From positions 5,254-69,253 of the forward strand of contig JAZSIF010000044.1 in NCBI GenBank assembly GCA_045533675.1: a stretch of DNA of 64,000 nt, written 5' to 3'. Position 1 is the first letter of the stretch; each line of letters begins with the position of its first letter. Below are positions 26,999 to 36,839 of the stretch, piece after piece. The notes under the pieces were generated by a model. It was not told the origin of the DNA, did no database searches, and was given only the letters and a program-made list of their open reading frames with translations. The position numbers and the translations under genes are program-made. Source of the DNA: Eubacteriales bacterium. Lineage in GTDB: Bacteria; Bacillota; Clostridia; Oscillospirales; CAG-272.

Positions 26999-27340
26999 TC
27001 AGTTCTCCTCGGGCTGTGCCGCTTCCTCGCCCGCGTTCTCAGCTTCTTCCTCGGCGGGAGCTTCCGCTGTTTCCTCCTCGGGCTTGTGGACGATGGAATA
27101 TTCTCCCGCGTGAATACGGGTGATGGCATACTTGACTGCTTTTTCGTCACGGTATTCCTTGTTGATCATGTTGATCAGGTTGCGATCGACCTCCTTGTTG
27201 CCCGTGGCTGCCTTTTCGGCGGCATCACGCTGTCTGACATACTCGTCGGTGATCAGACGGGCGCACTTGGCGGTGGCGAGCGCCAGCTCGTAACGGTTGA
27301 ATTCGTCCTTCGTAAGCTCTTGAATGGTAGGGTACAGCAT
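26999..27340 (-). CDS. rpoZ: DNA-directed RNA polymerase subunit omega (with acidic C-terminal tail)
   Basis: ORF track 26999..27379. Start at ATG 27340 after AAAGGAGAA. MLYPTIQEL..NRYELALATAKCAR is omega-like. Position between gmk and priA is conserved. Confidence 0.85.
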   Translation of the reverse strand: MLYPTIQELTKDEFNRYELALATAKCARLITDEYVRQRDAAEKAATGNKEVDRNLINMINKEYRDEKAVKYAITRIHAGEYSIVHKPEEETAEAPAEEEAENAGEEAAQPEEN

Positions 27341-27427
27341 AAGATTCTCCTTTTTCTTACAATGATATAAAAATTTCAAGTGTTTGTGTTTCTATAATAT
27401 CCCATTTTGTGGGAAAATATGCGGTTT

Positions 27428-28033
27428 TCAGTCGAAGTAGTGGTCAAGGGGGGCATGGTCACGGCGTAGGGCGTGCGCCTCGGCGCGGACGATGGCACGG
27501 ATATCCTCGGCGGCATCCGTATCCTTCCCGTCATGGTTCAATACCACGTAGTCGTAGAAGTCGGCAATGGCAATCTCCTCACGGGTTCTCGCGAGACGGT
27601 TTTGAATCTTTTCCTCGGTCTCGGTCCCTCTGCCTCGCAGTCTTTGCTCCTGGATGGCAAAGGAGGGAGGAAGCAGCAGAATGAGAATCGCCTCGGGATA
27701 GAGCTTCTTTACGTTGGCGGCACCCTCGACCTCGATCTCGAGAATCAGGTGCTTGCCCGATGCCAAAACCTCCTCGGCTTCCTTCAGGGGCGTGCCGTAG
27801 AAGTTTCCGCAATATTCGGTGTATTCGAGCATTTTGCCCTCATCGATGCGGGAAAGAAATTCCTCACGGGTAATAAAGTGGTAGTTGACGCCGTCTACCT
27901 CGCCCGGACGGGGAGCACGGGTGGTCGCGGAGACCGAATAGGCGAACTCTCCCGTTTTCAAGAGATGGGCATTGACCGTGCCCTTTCCGCTTCCCGCGGG
28001 ACCCGAAATGACGATCAGTAATCCTTTTTCCAT
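27428..28033 (-). CDS. gmk: Guanylate kinase
   Basis: 201-aa ORF with GPAGSGKGT P-loop and SATTRAPRPGE motif. Confidence 0.95.
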   Translation of the reverse strand: MEKGLLIVISGPAGSGKGTVNAHLLKTGEFAYSVSATTRAPRPGEVDGVNYHFITREEFLSRIDEGKMLEYTEYCGNFYGTPLKEAEEVLASGKHLILEIEVEGAANVKKLYPEAILILLLPPSFAIQEQRLRGRGTETEEKIQNRLARTREEIAIADFYDYVVLNHDGKDTDAAEDIRAIVRAEAHALRRDHAPLDHYFD

Positions 28034-28051
28034 GGTGACGTGCTCTCCTCC

Positions 28052-28324
28052 TTATTCGGTTACTTCCTCGTCCTCGTCCGACGCGCCCTCTCCCGTATCC
28101 AGGCGGTTGGCGATGGTCTCGGATTGGATGGCGGACAAAATGACGTGCTCGCTGTCGGTGATGATCACCGAGCGGGTCCGTCTGCCACAGGAAACGTCAA
28201 TGACCCGTCCCGTGTCCTTGGCGTCCTGAATCAGACGCTTGACGGGAGCGGAGTCGGGGGAGACGATGGTAATGATACGGTCGGAGGCGACCATGTTTCC
28301 AAAGCCGATATTGATGAATTTCAT
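28052..28324 (-). CDS. remA: DUF370 protein RemA
   Basis: 90-aa [32 protein letters not shown] is characteristic of RemA/YlzA. Confidence 0.92.
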   Translation of the reverse strand: MKFINIGFGNMVASDRIITIVSPDSAPVKRLIQDAKDTGRVIDVSCGRRTRSVIITDSEHVILSAIQSETIANRLDTGEGASDEDEEVTE

Positions 28325-28336
28325 GTCGCTGCTCCT

Positions 28337-29224
28337 TTACTCAATGTTTTGAATTTGCTCACGAATCTTTTCGATCTCGCATTTGATGTCTACCACCAAA
28401 CGGGCAATGTCGGAATTCTGACACTTGGAGCCGATGGTGTTGGTCTCGCGGTTGATCTCCTGTACCAGGAAGTCCAGACGTCTGCCTACGGGCTCGGTGG
28501 AGGCGAGAATGTCGGAAAAACCGTCGAAGTGGGAACGAAGGCGGACCAATTCCTCGTCGATGGCAATGCGGTCCGCAAAGATGGCGCACTCGGTGAGGAT
28601 CCGATTTTCGTCAAATACGATGCGGTTGTCGGACAGCATTTCTCTGAGCTTCTGCTCCAGCTTTTCCCGATACGCTCCCGTTTCGTGCTCGGAGAGCGTT
28701 TCGATCCGATCCACACGGGTGCGGATGGCATCGATCTTTTCCAAAAGATCACGGCGGATGTTCTCTCCCTCCCGCTCTCTGGCGGTGAGAAATCGGGCAA
28801 GGGCGGCATCCAGCACCACCCGAAGGTCAGCCCAGTCCTTGTCGGCATCCTCCTCGGATTTTTTTACGAGAAAGAGGTCACGGTTCTGCGCTACGGTCAT
28901 GACGCTGATATCATCGGTCAGACCAAAGCGGTCGCGGAGCGTCCGAAGCGCCCTGATATATGCGTCGGCATATCCCTCATCCAGAGCAATTTCCACGTCG
29001 GGGGAATTCACCACGTCAATGGTGACGAATACATCTACCTTTCCCCTCGACACCGAGGCGCTTTGCAGGTGGGGCTTGATCCGTTCCTCCAAAAAAGAAA
29101 AGGCGCGGGGCAGCTTTACCGAGCAGTCGAAGAAGCGGTTGTTCACCGATTTGATCTCCACGGTGATGTCCTTTCCGCCTACCGTTTCTCTGGCTCTGCC
29201 AAAGGCAGTCATGCTTCTGATCAT
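28337..29224 (-). CDS. yicC: YicC/YloC-family stress-induced protein
   Basis: ORF track 28337..29308. Start at ATG 29224 gives MIRSMTAFGRA, the canonical YicC N-terminus. Confidence 0.9.
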   Translation of the reverse strand: MIRSMTAFGRARETVGGKDITVEIKSVNNRFFDCSVKLPRAFSFLEERIKPHLQSASVSRGKVDVFVTIDVVNSPDVEIALDEGYADAYIRALRTLRDRFGLTDDISVMTVAQNRDLFLVKKSEEDADKDWADLRVVLDAALARFLTAREREGENIRRDLLEKIDAIRTRVDRIETLSEHETGAYREKLEQKLREMLSDNRIVFDENRILTECAIFADRIAIDEELVRLRSHFDGFSDILASTEPVGRRLDFLVQEINRETNTIGSKCQNSDIARLVVDIKCEIEKIREQIQNIE

Positions 29225-29267
29225 AATACAAATTCTCCCGTAGCTTTTAAGATAACTCAACAATTTA

Positions 29268-29296
29268 ATTATAAACTTTTTTTTGAATCTTGTCAA
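29268..29296 (-). promoter_or_regulatory. Sigma-70-type promoter for the yicC operon (TTGACA-17-TATAAT)
   Basis: On the minus strand, TTGACA is the complement of 29291-29296 and TATAAT the complement of 29268-29273, with a 17-nt spacer. Confidence 0.6.
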
Positions 29297-29491
29297 CGGA
29301 ATTTTCAATTTTATGGAGGTTCGTACAAAATAATATTATATATTTTCATTTTTTTGACGTTTTGGATAGCTCGGACGACAGAATGGGGCGCTCCCATATC
29401 ACCGTAGGGCGGGAGCAAGCCCCCGCTCTACGGAAGAGAGGTGATTTTCGCGAAAAATATGGAGAGAAAGAAAAAAATTTGCGAAAAGCTC

Positions 29492-29520
29492 TTGCATTTT
29501 TCGTAATTATTTGGTAAAAT
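29492..29520 (+). promoter_or_regulatory. Candidate promoter for efp (TTGCAT-17-TAAAAT)
   Basis: TTGCAT at 29492-29497 and TAAAAT at 29515-29520, about 58 nt upstream of the efp ATG. Confidence 0.45.
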
Positions 29521-29578
29521 AAAGTGTAAAGCTATGCATACGACGATATGCACGACAATTTTTTGGAGGAAGATAAAA

Positions 29579-30136
29579 ATGGTAGTAGCAGACGATTTTA
29601 AAAATGGCATTACGTTCGATATGGACGGTAACGTGTATCAGGTCATCGAGTTCCAGCACGTAAAACCCGGTAAGGGAGCGGCATTCGTTCGTACCAAGAT
29701 CAAGAACGTCATTTCGGGTTCCGTGATTGAGAGAACCTTCAGCCCCACCGACAAGTTTGAAAACGCGTATATTGAGAGAAAGGAAATGCAGTACTCCTAC
29801 AACGACGGAGATCTCTATTACTTTATGGACATGGAGACCTTCGACATGGTTCCCCTCAACAGCGACAAGCTGCCCGAGAGCTTCCGGTTCGTCAAGGAAG
29901 AAATGCTCTGCAAGATCCTTTCCTACAAGGGCAACGTGTTTGCCGTAGAGCCTCCCACGTTTGTGGAGCTGGCTGTCACGCAGACCGATCCCGGCTTTGC
30001 GGGCAACACCGCGACCAACACCCTCAAGCCCGCGACCCTGGAGACCGGCGCGGTCATTAAGGTTCCGCTCTTTATCAACGAGGGCGAGGTGTTGAAGATC
30101 GATACCAGAACCGGCGAGTATCTGTCTCGCGCGTAA
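29579..30136 (+). CDS. efp: Elongation factor P
   Basis: ORF track 29534..30136. GGAGGAAG RBS before ATG 29579. The motif [19 protein letters not shown] contains the conserved modified Lys. Confidence 0.95.
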   Translation: MVVADDFKNGITFDMDGNVYQVIEFQHVKPGKGAAFVRTKIKNVISGSVIERTFSPTDKFENAYIERKEMQYSYNDGDLYYFMDMETFDMVPLNSDKLPESFRFVKEEMLCKILSYKGNVFAVEPPTFVELAVTQTDPGFAGNTATNTLKPATLETGAVIKVPLFINEGEVLKIDTRTGEYLSRA

Positions 30137-30155
30137 TTCAGAGGAGGTTGTTCAC

Positions 30156-30602
30156 ATGACTGAAATGACGTTGAACGAGAAGGCATCCTACATTAAGGGT
30201 CTGGTTGAGGGCATGGATCTTGACACCGCCAAGGGCGAGGGAAAGGTCATTGCCGCTCTGCTCGATCTGGTTTCTGATATGGCTGTTACCATTGAGGAGC
30301 TGGAGGAGGAAATTGATACCCTCTACGATTACTGCGAGGAGCTGGATGAGGACCTGGGCGAGGTTGAGACGATCCTTGTTGAGGACGACGACTGCGACTG
30401 CGACGAGTGTGACTGCGATTGCGACGATTGCGATTGCTGCTGCGATGAGGACGAGTTCTTTGAGATCGAGTGCCCCTCTTGCGGTGACACCGTGTACCTG
30501 GACGGCTCCATCGATCCCGAGGAGCTGGTTTGCCCCGCTTGCGGCGAGAAGTTTGAGTGCCTTGTTGCCGAAGAGGACCTGGAAGCCCTGGATCAGGAAT
30601 AA
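30156..30602 (+). CDS. Acidic protein with (Cys-Asp)n tract and C-terminal zinc ribbon (CD1247-N-terminal-domain-like)
   Basis: 148-aa ORF with GAGGAGG RBS. Contains DDDCDCDECDCDCDDCDCCCDEDE followed by CPSCG..CPACG. Sits immediately after efp. Confidence 0.8.
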   Translation: MTEMTLNEKASYIKGLVEGMDLDTAKGEGKVIAALLDLVSDMAVTIEELEEEIDTLYDYCEELDEDLGEVETILVEDDDCDCDECDCDCDDCDCCCDEDEFFEIECPSCGDTVYLDGSIDPEELVCPACGEKFECLVAEEDLEALDQE

Positions 30603-30618
30603 GAAAAAAGTACAAATC

Positions 30619-30654
30619 AAAAAGGAGTCGGTCGAATGACTGACTCCTTTTTGT
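30619..30654. terminator. Bidirectional terminator hairpin
   Basis: AAAAAGGAGTC (30619-30629) pairs with GACTCCTTTTT (30642-30652). A-run upstream and T-run downstream. Confidence 0.8.
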
Positions 30655-30678
30655 TGCATCCCGAAAACCCTGCCCCAC

Positions 30679-30942
30679 GTGTCATCTTGAGCGGAGCAAA
30701 CCATCCGGTGAATGGTTTGCGTAGTCGAACCCGACGAAAGGAGGGCAACGCGGCAGCGTTGAGATCTACGCGGATTGTTTGTTTTCAAGTCCCTTGTTTT
30801 GCGGAATATATTCTTTATGGCAAAAGGCTTCGGGTAAGTCATAGGAGATCCCGTCGTCGCCGATGGCTCCTCGGTTTTGGATCGGCTCGCGAGGCTCCCT
30901 CACCAAAACTTCGACTCCGCTCCGCTTCGCTCAGGATGACAC
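30679..30942 (+). mobile_element. F2 element copy 1: MITE-like structured repeat with GTGTCATCYTGAGCGRAG inverted termini
   Basis: GTGTCATCTTGAGCGGAG at 30679 and CTTCGCTCAGGATGACAC ending at 30942. The first 72 nt are identical to copy 2 (42283-42354). Internal hairpin GCAAACCAT-N7-ATGGTTTGC. No credible ORF. Confidence 0.6.
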
Positions 30943-31050
30943 ATAACGGATGGCAGGTCAATAAACGGCGCGCTTGTTCGACGCCGGCAGTATCAGGGCT
31001 ATGCCCGAAACTGAAATACCCTCCGTTTTATTTGTCTGCGAGGCCATGGA

Positions 31051-32490
31051 TTAGCTTCTCGAATACAGCTCGCAAAGGGACTTGAACTTTTGGGGATCGG
31101 CGGAGCGGAGCTGGTCCTCGGTGATACGGTAGCGCCAGTTGTTGGTCGCCTTGCCCGGGGTGTTCATACGGGTGTCGGCACCGTACACGAGAATATCTTG
31201 CATGGGGAAGATCGCCAGATCCGCATGGCTTGCCATGACGGTCTTAAGAATCATTTCGCATCCGAGATTCCAGTCGTCGTCCTTGGCGTTACAGTAAGTC
31301 AGTACGCGTCTGCGGGAATCGGGGTCACATTCCCACACGTAGCCAAGCAGGGTATTGTTGTCGTGAGTGCCCGTATATGCCACACAATTTTTTACATAGT
31401 TATGGGGGCGATGCGGGGAATCGCTGTTGTCCATAAAGCCGAATTGCAGGACCCGCATGCCGGGAAATTTGCTATATTTTAAAAGATCGATAACCTCGGG
31501 GGTGATGTCCCCTAAGTCCTCGGCGATCACCAGACGGTCCTTGGCGACCTCTCGGATCGCGTTGACAAGCGCCCTGCCGGGACCCTTGACCCATTTTCCC
31601 TCCTTGGCGGATTTTGCCGCGGCGGGAATGCTCCAGTAGGATTCGATTCCACGGAAGTGGTCAATGCGAACACCGTCAAAAAGGGTGAGCATATATTCCA
31701 TGCGGCGGCGCCACCAGGAAAAGCCGCTTTTTTTCATGGCGCTCCAGCGGTAAAGGGGATTGCCCCATAGCTGACCGTCCTCGGAAAAATAATCGGGAGG
31801 ACATCCCGCTACCGCCGAGGGGTAGCCCTTGGCATCCAGCTGAAATTCCTCTCGGTTTGCCCATACGTCGGCACTGTCTGCCGCCACGTAGATGGGAATG
31901 TCTCCGATGATCTCAATGCCGCGGCGGTTGGCGTATTCCTTGAGAGACATCCACTGGGTAAAGAATTCATGCTGAATGAATTGCCAAAGCGCCAGCTCGT
32001 CCTCGTCAGGGGTCGTGATCGTCCATTCCTGCCAGGGAAGACCCCTGTTGGCTTTTTTGAGGGCGAGAAACTCCGATGCTTTTTGGAGCTCGGGATAGCT
32101 TTCAAGAAACGCGGCGATCCCACGCTTCTCCTCCTTGCTCACACGGGAGGCGGCAAGGGCGAGGAGAGCGAGACGCTCTTTTGCCAGTCGGTCAAACTCG
32201 CAGAGATAGGGAGAGCCTTGACGGGCACTCAAAACCTCTCTGTCGGTCAAAAGACCCTTGGCTCTCAGGGTGGGCAGATCAATAAAATAGGGGTTTCCGC
32301 CAAAGGCAGAATAGGATTTGTAAGGGGAATTGTATTCGTCGGTCATGCAAAAGGGCAGTACCTGCCATTTTTGAAAGCCGCAATCGGCAAGAAAATCCAC
32401 GAAGAAGCGGGCTTCCTTACCAAAGGAGCCGCAGGAATAGTCTCCGGGGAGAGAAGAGACGTGCATGAGCACGCCGGAAGAACGGTTCAT
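31051..32490 (-). CDS. malQ: 4-alpha-glucanotransferase (GH77 amylomaltase), paralog 1
   Basis: ORF track 31051..32700. AGGAGG RBS before ATG 32490 gives MNRSSGVLMHVSSLPG. GH77 motifs: NPYFID, RIDHFRG, GEDLG-like AEDLG, TGTHDN. Confidence 0.92.
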   Translation of the reverse strand: MNRSSGVLMHVSSLPGDYSCGSFGKEARFFVDFLADCGFQKWQVLPFCMTDEYNSPYKSYSAFGGNPYFIDLPTLRAKGLLTDREVLSARQGSPYLCEFDRLAKERLALLALAASRVSKEEKRGIAAFLESYPELQKASEFLALKKANRGLPWQEWTITTPDEDELALWQFIQHEFFTQWMSLKEYANRRGIEIIGDIPIYVAADSADVWANREEFQLDAKGYPSAVAGCPPDYFSEDGQLWGNPLYRWSAMKKSGFSWWRRRMEYMLTLFDGVRIDHFRGIESYWSIPAAAKSAKEGKWVKGPGRALVNAIREVAKDRLVIAEDLGDITPEVIDLLKYSKFPGMRVLQFGFMDNSDSPHRPHNYVKNCVAYTGTHDNNTLLGYVWECDPDSRRRVLTYCNAKDDDWNLGCEMILKTVMASHADLAIFPMQDILVYGADTRMNTPGKATNNWRYRITEDQLRSADPQKFKSLCELYSRS

Positions 32491-32519
32491 AAATGGTCCT
32501 CCTATTCGGGGGCTATGGA

Positions 32520-33515
32520 TTACAGCCCCGTAAGAAATTGAGCAAAGGCAATGATCATGGGCATGGTCGCTAAGGAGAAGAGAGAGGTCGTCCCCACCGC
32601 TTGTGCCGAGTAACCCGGGGAGATGTCGTACAGCTCCGCCAGCATAGATACGACCGTCGCCGAGGGCATGGCGCTGACGGTTGCCGCAAACAGGATCCAC
32701 GTCCGATCAAAGCCCAAGAGCCACATCAGGGTGACAATGGCAAGGGGAAGCGCCAAAAGCTTGATGACAGAGAGATAATAAATTTTACCCGAACCGAGAA
32801 TCTGTTTCCAGGTACGGGTTGCCAGCAGCGCGCCGATGATCAGGGTAGACACGGGAGCGCAGAGAGAGGCAACAAAGGAGAGTGCTTGCGTGACGGCGGG
32901 GGCGCAGGCACCAATGACACCGTTTACACCCGCGGGAAGATGGGGGACGAGAAGTCCCTTGGCAAGGAAAAGCACAATGCCGATGGTGCTTGGAATCGTA
33001 CCGAGATTCAGAAAAATCTTTTTGGGGGTCAGCTTGATATCCTTGCGGTTCCTACCAAGAATGAAAAGTCCCAAGGACCAGAGGAGCAGGTTGAAGATGA
33101 CTACGAAAAAGGCACCCATGAAGGCGCCGAGAGCGCCGAAGAGGGATTCAAGAATCGGAATGCCGATAAATCCCACGTTGCCGAAGACGGTGGCAAACTC
33201 GGAGATCTTTTTCTCGTTCAGATCGTGAAAACGAAAATAGACGACATAGGCGATTCCCGCCAGAACAAGATGCAGAACCAGTCCAAAGCCCATGATCTTG
33301 AAGCCGAGCAGAAGATATTCCTCGGTGTATTCCATGCGCACAAGGGAATAGACAATGAGGGCGGGCTGACCGAGGGTGATGATGAGACGAGAAAGATTCT
33401 TGGATGCCACCGAGGTGATGATGCCCACCTTGCCCGCAAAGTAGCCAACGGCAAGCATGAGAAAGAGGGCGGCAATGAGTGAGAAAAAGGGAAAGAGGTC
33501 CAACGCGCCGTTCAT
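32520..33515 (-). CDS. AEC-family (auxin efflux carrier) transporter
   Basis: 331-aa ORF with about 10 TM segments and an AEC/membrane-transport-family-like sequence. ATGA overlap with the upstream udg stop. Confidence 0.85.
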   Translation of the reverse strand: MNGALDLFPFFSLIAALFLMLAVGYFAGKVGIITSVASKNLSRLIITLGQPALIVYSLVRMEYTEEYLLLGFKIMGFGLVLHLVLAGIAYVVYFRFHDLNEKKISEFATVFGNVGFIGIPILESLFGALGAFMGAFFVVIFNLLLWSLGLFILGRNRKDIKLTPKKIFLNLGTIPSTIGIVLFLAKGLLVPHLPAGVNGVIGACAPAVTQALSFVASLCAPVSTLIIGALLATRTWKQILGSGKIYYLSVIKLLALPLAIVTLMWLLGFDRTWILFAATVSAMPSATVVSMLAELYDISPGYSAQAVGTTSLFSLATMPMIIAFAQFLTGL

Positions 33516-34081
33516 GCCTTCCCCTCCTTGAGAGAATCCAGCGTTTCCTTGATCTTCTTCATATCCGAAAGCATCTCCTCCTTGCGGCGGGGGTCACGGA
33601 GCAGAAGGGCGGGGTGGTAGACGGCGGTAATGAGAAAATCTCCCCGCTCGAACCACTCGCCGTGCTCCTTGGTGATCTTGAAATCGGGCTTGATCAACCG
33701 CATGGCGGAGACGCGTCCGAGACAGACAATGATCCTCGGTCGAATGAGGCGTACCTGACGGCGCAAAAATTCCATGCAGGCATCCTCCTCGGCGGGCAGG
33801 GGATCTCGATTCTTGGGCGGACGGCATTTGAGAATATTGGCGATATAGACCTCCTCGCGGGGCAGGTCTACCGCAAAGAGAAATTGGTCCAGAAGCTTGC
33901 CTGCCCGTCCCACAAAGGGCGTGCCGGACAGGTCCTCCTGCTCACCGGGGGCTTCCCCCACAAAGAGCACGTCAGCCGAGGGGTTGCCTGCGCCGAATAC
34001 GCAGTTGGTTCGGGTCTTGTGCAGCGCGCACCCTTGGCAGGAGGCGCAGTCCTCCATGAGGGTCTTCCATTCGTTGGTCAT
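33512..34081 (-). CDS. Uracil-DNA glycosylase, family 4
   Basis: 189-aa ORF. CxxC cluster ligands (CQGCALH) and the GEAPGEQED family-4 motif. Confidence 0.9.
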   Translation of the reverse strand: MTNEWKTLMEDCASCQGCALHKTRTNCVFGAGNPSADVLFVGEAPGEQEDLSGTPFVGRAGKLLDQFLFAVDLPREEVYIANILKCRPPKNRDPLPAEEDACMEFLRRQVRLIRPRIIVCLGRVSAMRLIKPDFKITKEHGEWFERGDFLITAVYHPALLLRDPRRKEEMLSDMKKIKETLDSLKEGKA

Positions 34082-34150
34082 GATTATGGCTTCCTTTCGC
34101 TTAGGTTGGCGGAGAAAAACAAAGGCTCACCGATTGGGGAGGAGTTTGCA

Positions 34151-35425
34151 TTATTCCTCTGCTGTAATTCTTCTACACTCCATATAGTAGCGCTTGTCCT
34201 CGGCGTGACCCATGGAGAAGGTCTTGCGGGGGAGGGCACCGTCAAAGATGACGGTCTTGAAGAGCTGGTCCTTGGACATGCCTGAGAAGAGGAATCCGAT
34301 GGCGTTCTCCTTCTTCGCCAGAGCGAGGAGAGAGTCCTCGTTATGGATATAGTCCACGGTAGCACCCTCGTGGGTCTTTAAGTATTCGTCAATGAAATCC
34401 TGCAGCGTGCCAACGGTGAGCTGACGAACAGGGCGAGCCACCGTGATCGTTCCCTCCGCGTCGTCGCTCACAAAGGTTATTTCCTGAGGAGCGGCATCTC
34501 CCGACAGACGGGAAACATAGGTGCTAAGGGCTCGCAATACGTCCAATGGATCCACACCGAACAGCACGCGGTAAATGGGCTCGAATTTCAACGCGCCGTC
34601 GTGAATGTTCACTACCTCGGCAAGGGCAAAGCGCGCGGGGTGATTGGCGGCTGCCTCGGCACCGATGCGAGCCTTGATCTCCTCATAGGTCGCCTTTGCT
34701 GAGGCTAAGGAGTGGTTGCCGTCTCCTACGGCGAAGAGAAGGGGAGCCAGATCCTTCTTGCCGTAGCGAGCCTCCATTTGAGAATCCTCGGTCAGGGCGT
34801 CCAGCGCCTTTCCGAAGGAGGAGATCTCTTCGGGGGAAAGGAAGCGCCCCGCGAGATGTCCGCCCGAAAGCATGAGATCGGTGTCGTAGGCATCGATGGC
34901 AGCCTCTTTTTTCGAGAGGGGCTCGATGACCGAGTGAGCGGGGTCGTCAATGAGCAGCATGACGTGGGGCAGCTCAATGGAAGCGCCGCGGCGGATGGCA
35001 ACACGGGGAGGAATGCGCTCTAAAACCGTTGCCTCGGTGGCACGGATCATGGAGTCCGCGCCCTTGCGGTAATCGTACCGCTCCAGATCGACTGCCAGAA
35101 CCACCCCCCGACGGATACTTCCGTCGGACTGGGTACGCTCCACGTAGATCATGGAATCCTTGTGGCAGATGAGACGCCCTGAAAGGTTCTTCTTCATTTC
35201 GGCGTTGATGAGGGGCAGTCGGGTGTCTGCCTCGTGGAGATACACCTCGGGCAAAAACATCCGAAGAGTGGAGGGAGCGTCGCCCACAAGCTCTTCGGCT
35301 TTCCGCCAATATTCGGGCTCGCTGGTAAACTGGTCACAAGCTACCACCGCCCACTTTTTGGGGTCTACTTTTTGAAAGTCAGGCAGAAGAATGTCCGCGC
35401 TCTTGTAGCATTTGGTTTCGTTCAT
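34151..35425 (-). CDS. DUF1015 domain protein
   Basis: 424-aa ORF. An N-terminus of the form ..[22 protein letters not shown] is typical of DUF1015. Confidence 0.8.
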   Translation of the reverse strand: MNETKCYKSADILLPDFQKVDPKKWAVVACDQFTSEPEYWRKAEELVGDAPSTLRMFLPEVYLHEADTRLPLINAEMKKNLSGRLICHKDSMIYVERTQSDGSIRRGVVLAVDLERYDYRKGADSMIRATEATVLERIPPRVAIRRGASIELPHVMLLIDDPAHSVIEPLSKKEAAIDAYDTDLMLSGGHLAGRFLSPEEISSFGKALDALTEDSQMEARYGKKDLAPLLFAVGDGNHSLASAKATYEEIKARIGAEAAANHPARFALAEVVNIHDGALKFEPIYRVLFGVDPLDVLRALSTYVSRLSGDAAPQEITFVSDDAEGTITVARPVRQLTVGTLQDFIDEYLKTHEGATVDYIHNEDSLLALAKKENAIGFLFSGMSKDQLFKTVIFDGALPRKTFSMGHAEDKRYYMECRRITAEE

Positions 35426-35439
35426 GATATGCCCTTTCT

Positions 35440-36270
35440 TTAATGATGAGATTGTCTTTTGGGAGGGGTGAAGCCCTCAAATACTCCGAAAAATCCTTGC
35501 TTTTTACAGTGGAGGTATTCCTCCCGTCGGGAGAGGGTCCACAAAAATCCCGCCTTCCTCAAAAATCGGGTTACAAGGCGGACCGAGGGACGGTTGGAAA
35601 GGTCCTTTCGGACCGACAGAAAATCGGGACGGGAGAGAAAATTGAGGAGCATATGGGAAAGAAAGAAGCCGGCGACTCGGCTTCCCTTGCGGTTGTGCTT
35701 GGCGACCGAGGTCACAAGCTGTCCGCGGGCAAAGCTCGGTCGGTAATTTTTAAACCAGGAGAGAATCAGGGGACTAAAGGAGATCACCGAAAAGGGTCCC
35801 ATATAGCCGTCCAGCAGCTCCGAGAGGGGAGAGAGGAGTCGGGGGTCTGCCCGATCGCCCTTGATCTCGATCATCAAGGGGACTCTGCCCCCTACCAAGG
35901 CGAGAACCTCTTGGAGGGTGGGGATATGCTCGGTGCTGTTTTTCAGAAAAATCCGTTTGATCTGAGGGAGAGTCAGCTGACTGACCCTTGCGTGCGCGCC
36001 GCAGGTCCTTGACAGGTCGTCATCGTGGGAGACCACGATCGCCCCGTCCTTCGAGAGCCGCACGTCCAGCTCAATGCCGTATCCCGCCCGCACGGCACGG
36101 GAAAAGGCAGATAGGGAATTTTCGGGGATCCCGTCTCCATGCAAGCCCCTGTGGGCGTAATCAACCCGTAAAAGCCCCGTGTCTGCCCCCTCACCCATAC
36201 GGGGGAGGATCAGAAAGAGCCACAAAAGGGCGAACAGCAGAAGAAGGAGAAGAAACAGTCCGATCAGCAC
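35440..36270 (-). CDS. Glycerophosphodiester phosphodiesterase-family protein (membrane anchored)
   Basis: 276-aa ORF. N-terminal TM, then HRGLH..ENS..ELDV..HDD GDPD motifs. Confidence 0.88.
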   Translation of the reverse strand: MLIGLFLLLLLLFALLWLFLILPRMGEGADTGLLRVDYAHRGLHGDGIPENSLSAFSRAVRAGYGIELDVRLSKDGAIVVSHDDDLSRTCGAHARVSQLTLPQIKRIFLKNSTEHIPTLQEVLALVGGRVPLMIEIKGDRADPRLLSPLSELLDGYMGPFSVISFSPLILSWFKNYRPSFARGQLVTSVAKHNRKGSRVAGFFLSHMLLNFLSRPDFLSVRKDLSNRPSVRLVTRFLRKAGFLWTLSRREEYLHCKKQGFFGVFEGFTPPKRQSHH

Positions 36271-36839
36271 GGCATACTTCCTTTTTTCATCATCGCCACA
36301 CGAAGAACGGCCGCTTGCGTCTTTCCGTCGGGCACGTTGCCCTCGAGGATCTCCTCCACAAGCTCGGAGAGGGGAATCTTCTCCACCTCCAAAAATTCGT
36401 CCTCGTCCAGATCAAGGCTGCCGAAGCTCAGCCCCTCCGCCAAATACATATGGATCGTTTCGCCGATGAGGGCGGGAGAGCCAAAATATTTCCCGAGATA
36501 GGTCAGGGTCTTGCATTCCGCGCCCGTCTCCTCGCGGAGCTCGCGAAGAGCGGCAAGGCGGGGATCCTCATCGGGAGAATCCAATTTTCCCGCGGGGATT
36601 TCCAAAAGGACGGTGGCGAAGGGATAGCGATATTGGCGCACGCAGATGACCTCGCCCTCGTCGGTGAGGGGAACCACACAGACGGCTCCCACGTGCTTGA
36701 TATATTCTCGGTGAGCGGGCTTTCCGTCGGGCAGGAGAATGTCGTCTCGATAGACGTGAAGGACCACACCGTCGAAGATATTTTCCGAGGAGGTGGTTGT
36801 CTCGCGGAAGGCTTCGATGTTTCTGTTTATGTCTTTCAT
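36264..36839 (-). CDS. NUDIX hydrolase (ADP-ribose pyrophosphatase-like)
   Basis: ORF track 36264..36857. Start at ATG 36839 after GTGAGG. Nudix box GKLDSPDEDPRLAALRELREETG. Confidence 0.88.
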   Translation of the reverse strand: MKDINRNIEAFRETTTSSENIFDGVVLHVYRDDILLPDGKPAHREYIKHVGAVCVVPLTDEGEVICVRQYRYPFATVLLEIPAGKLDSPDEDPRLAALRELREETGAECKTLTYLGKYFGSPALIGETIHMYLAEGLSFGSLDLDEDEFLEVEKIPLSELVEEILEGNVPDGKTQAAVLRVAMMKKGSMPC

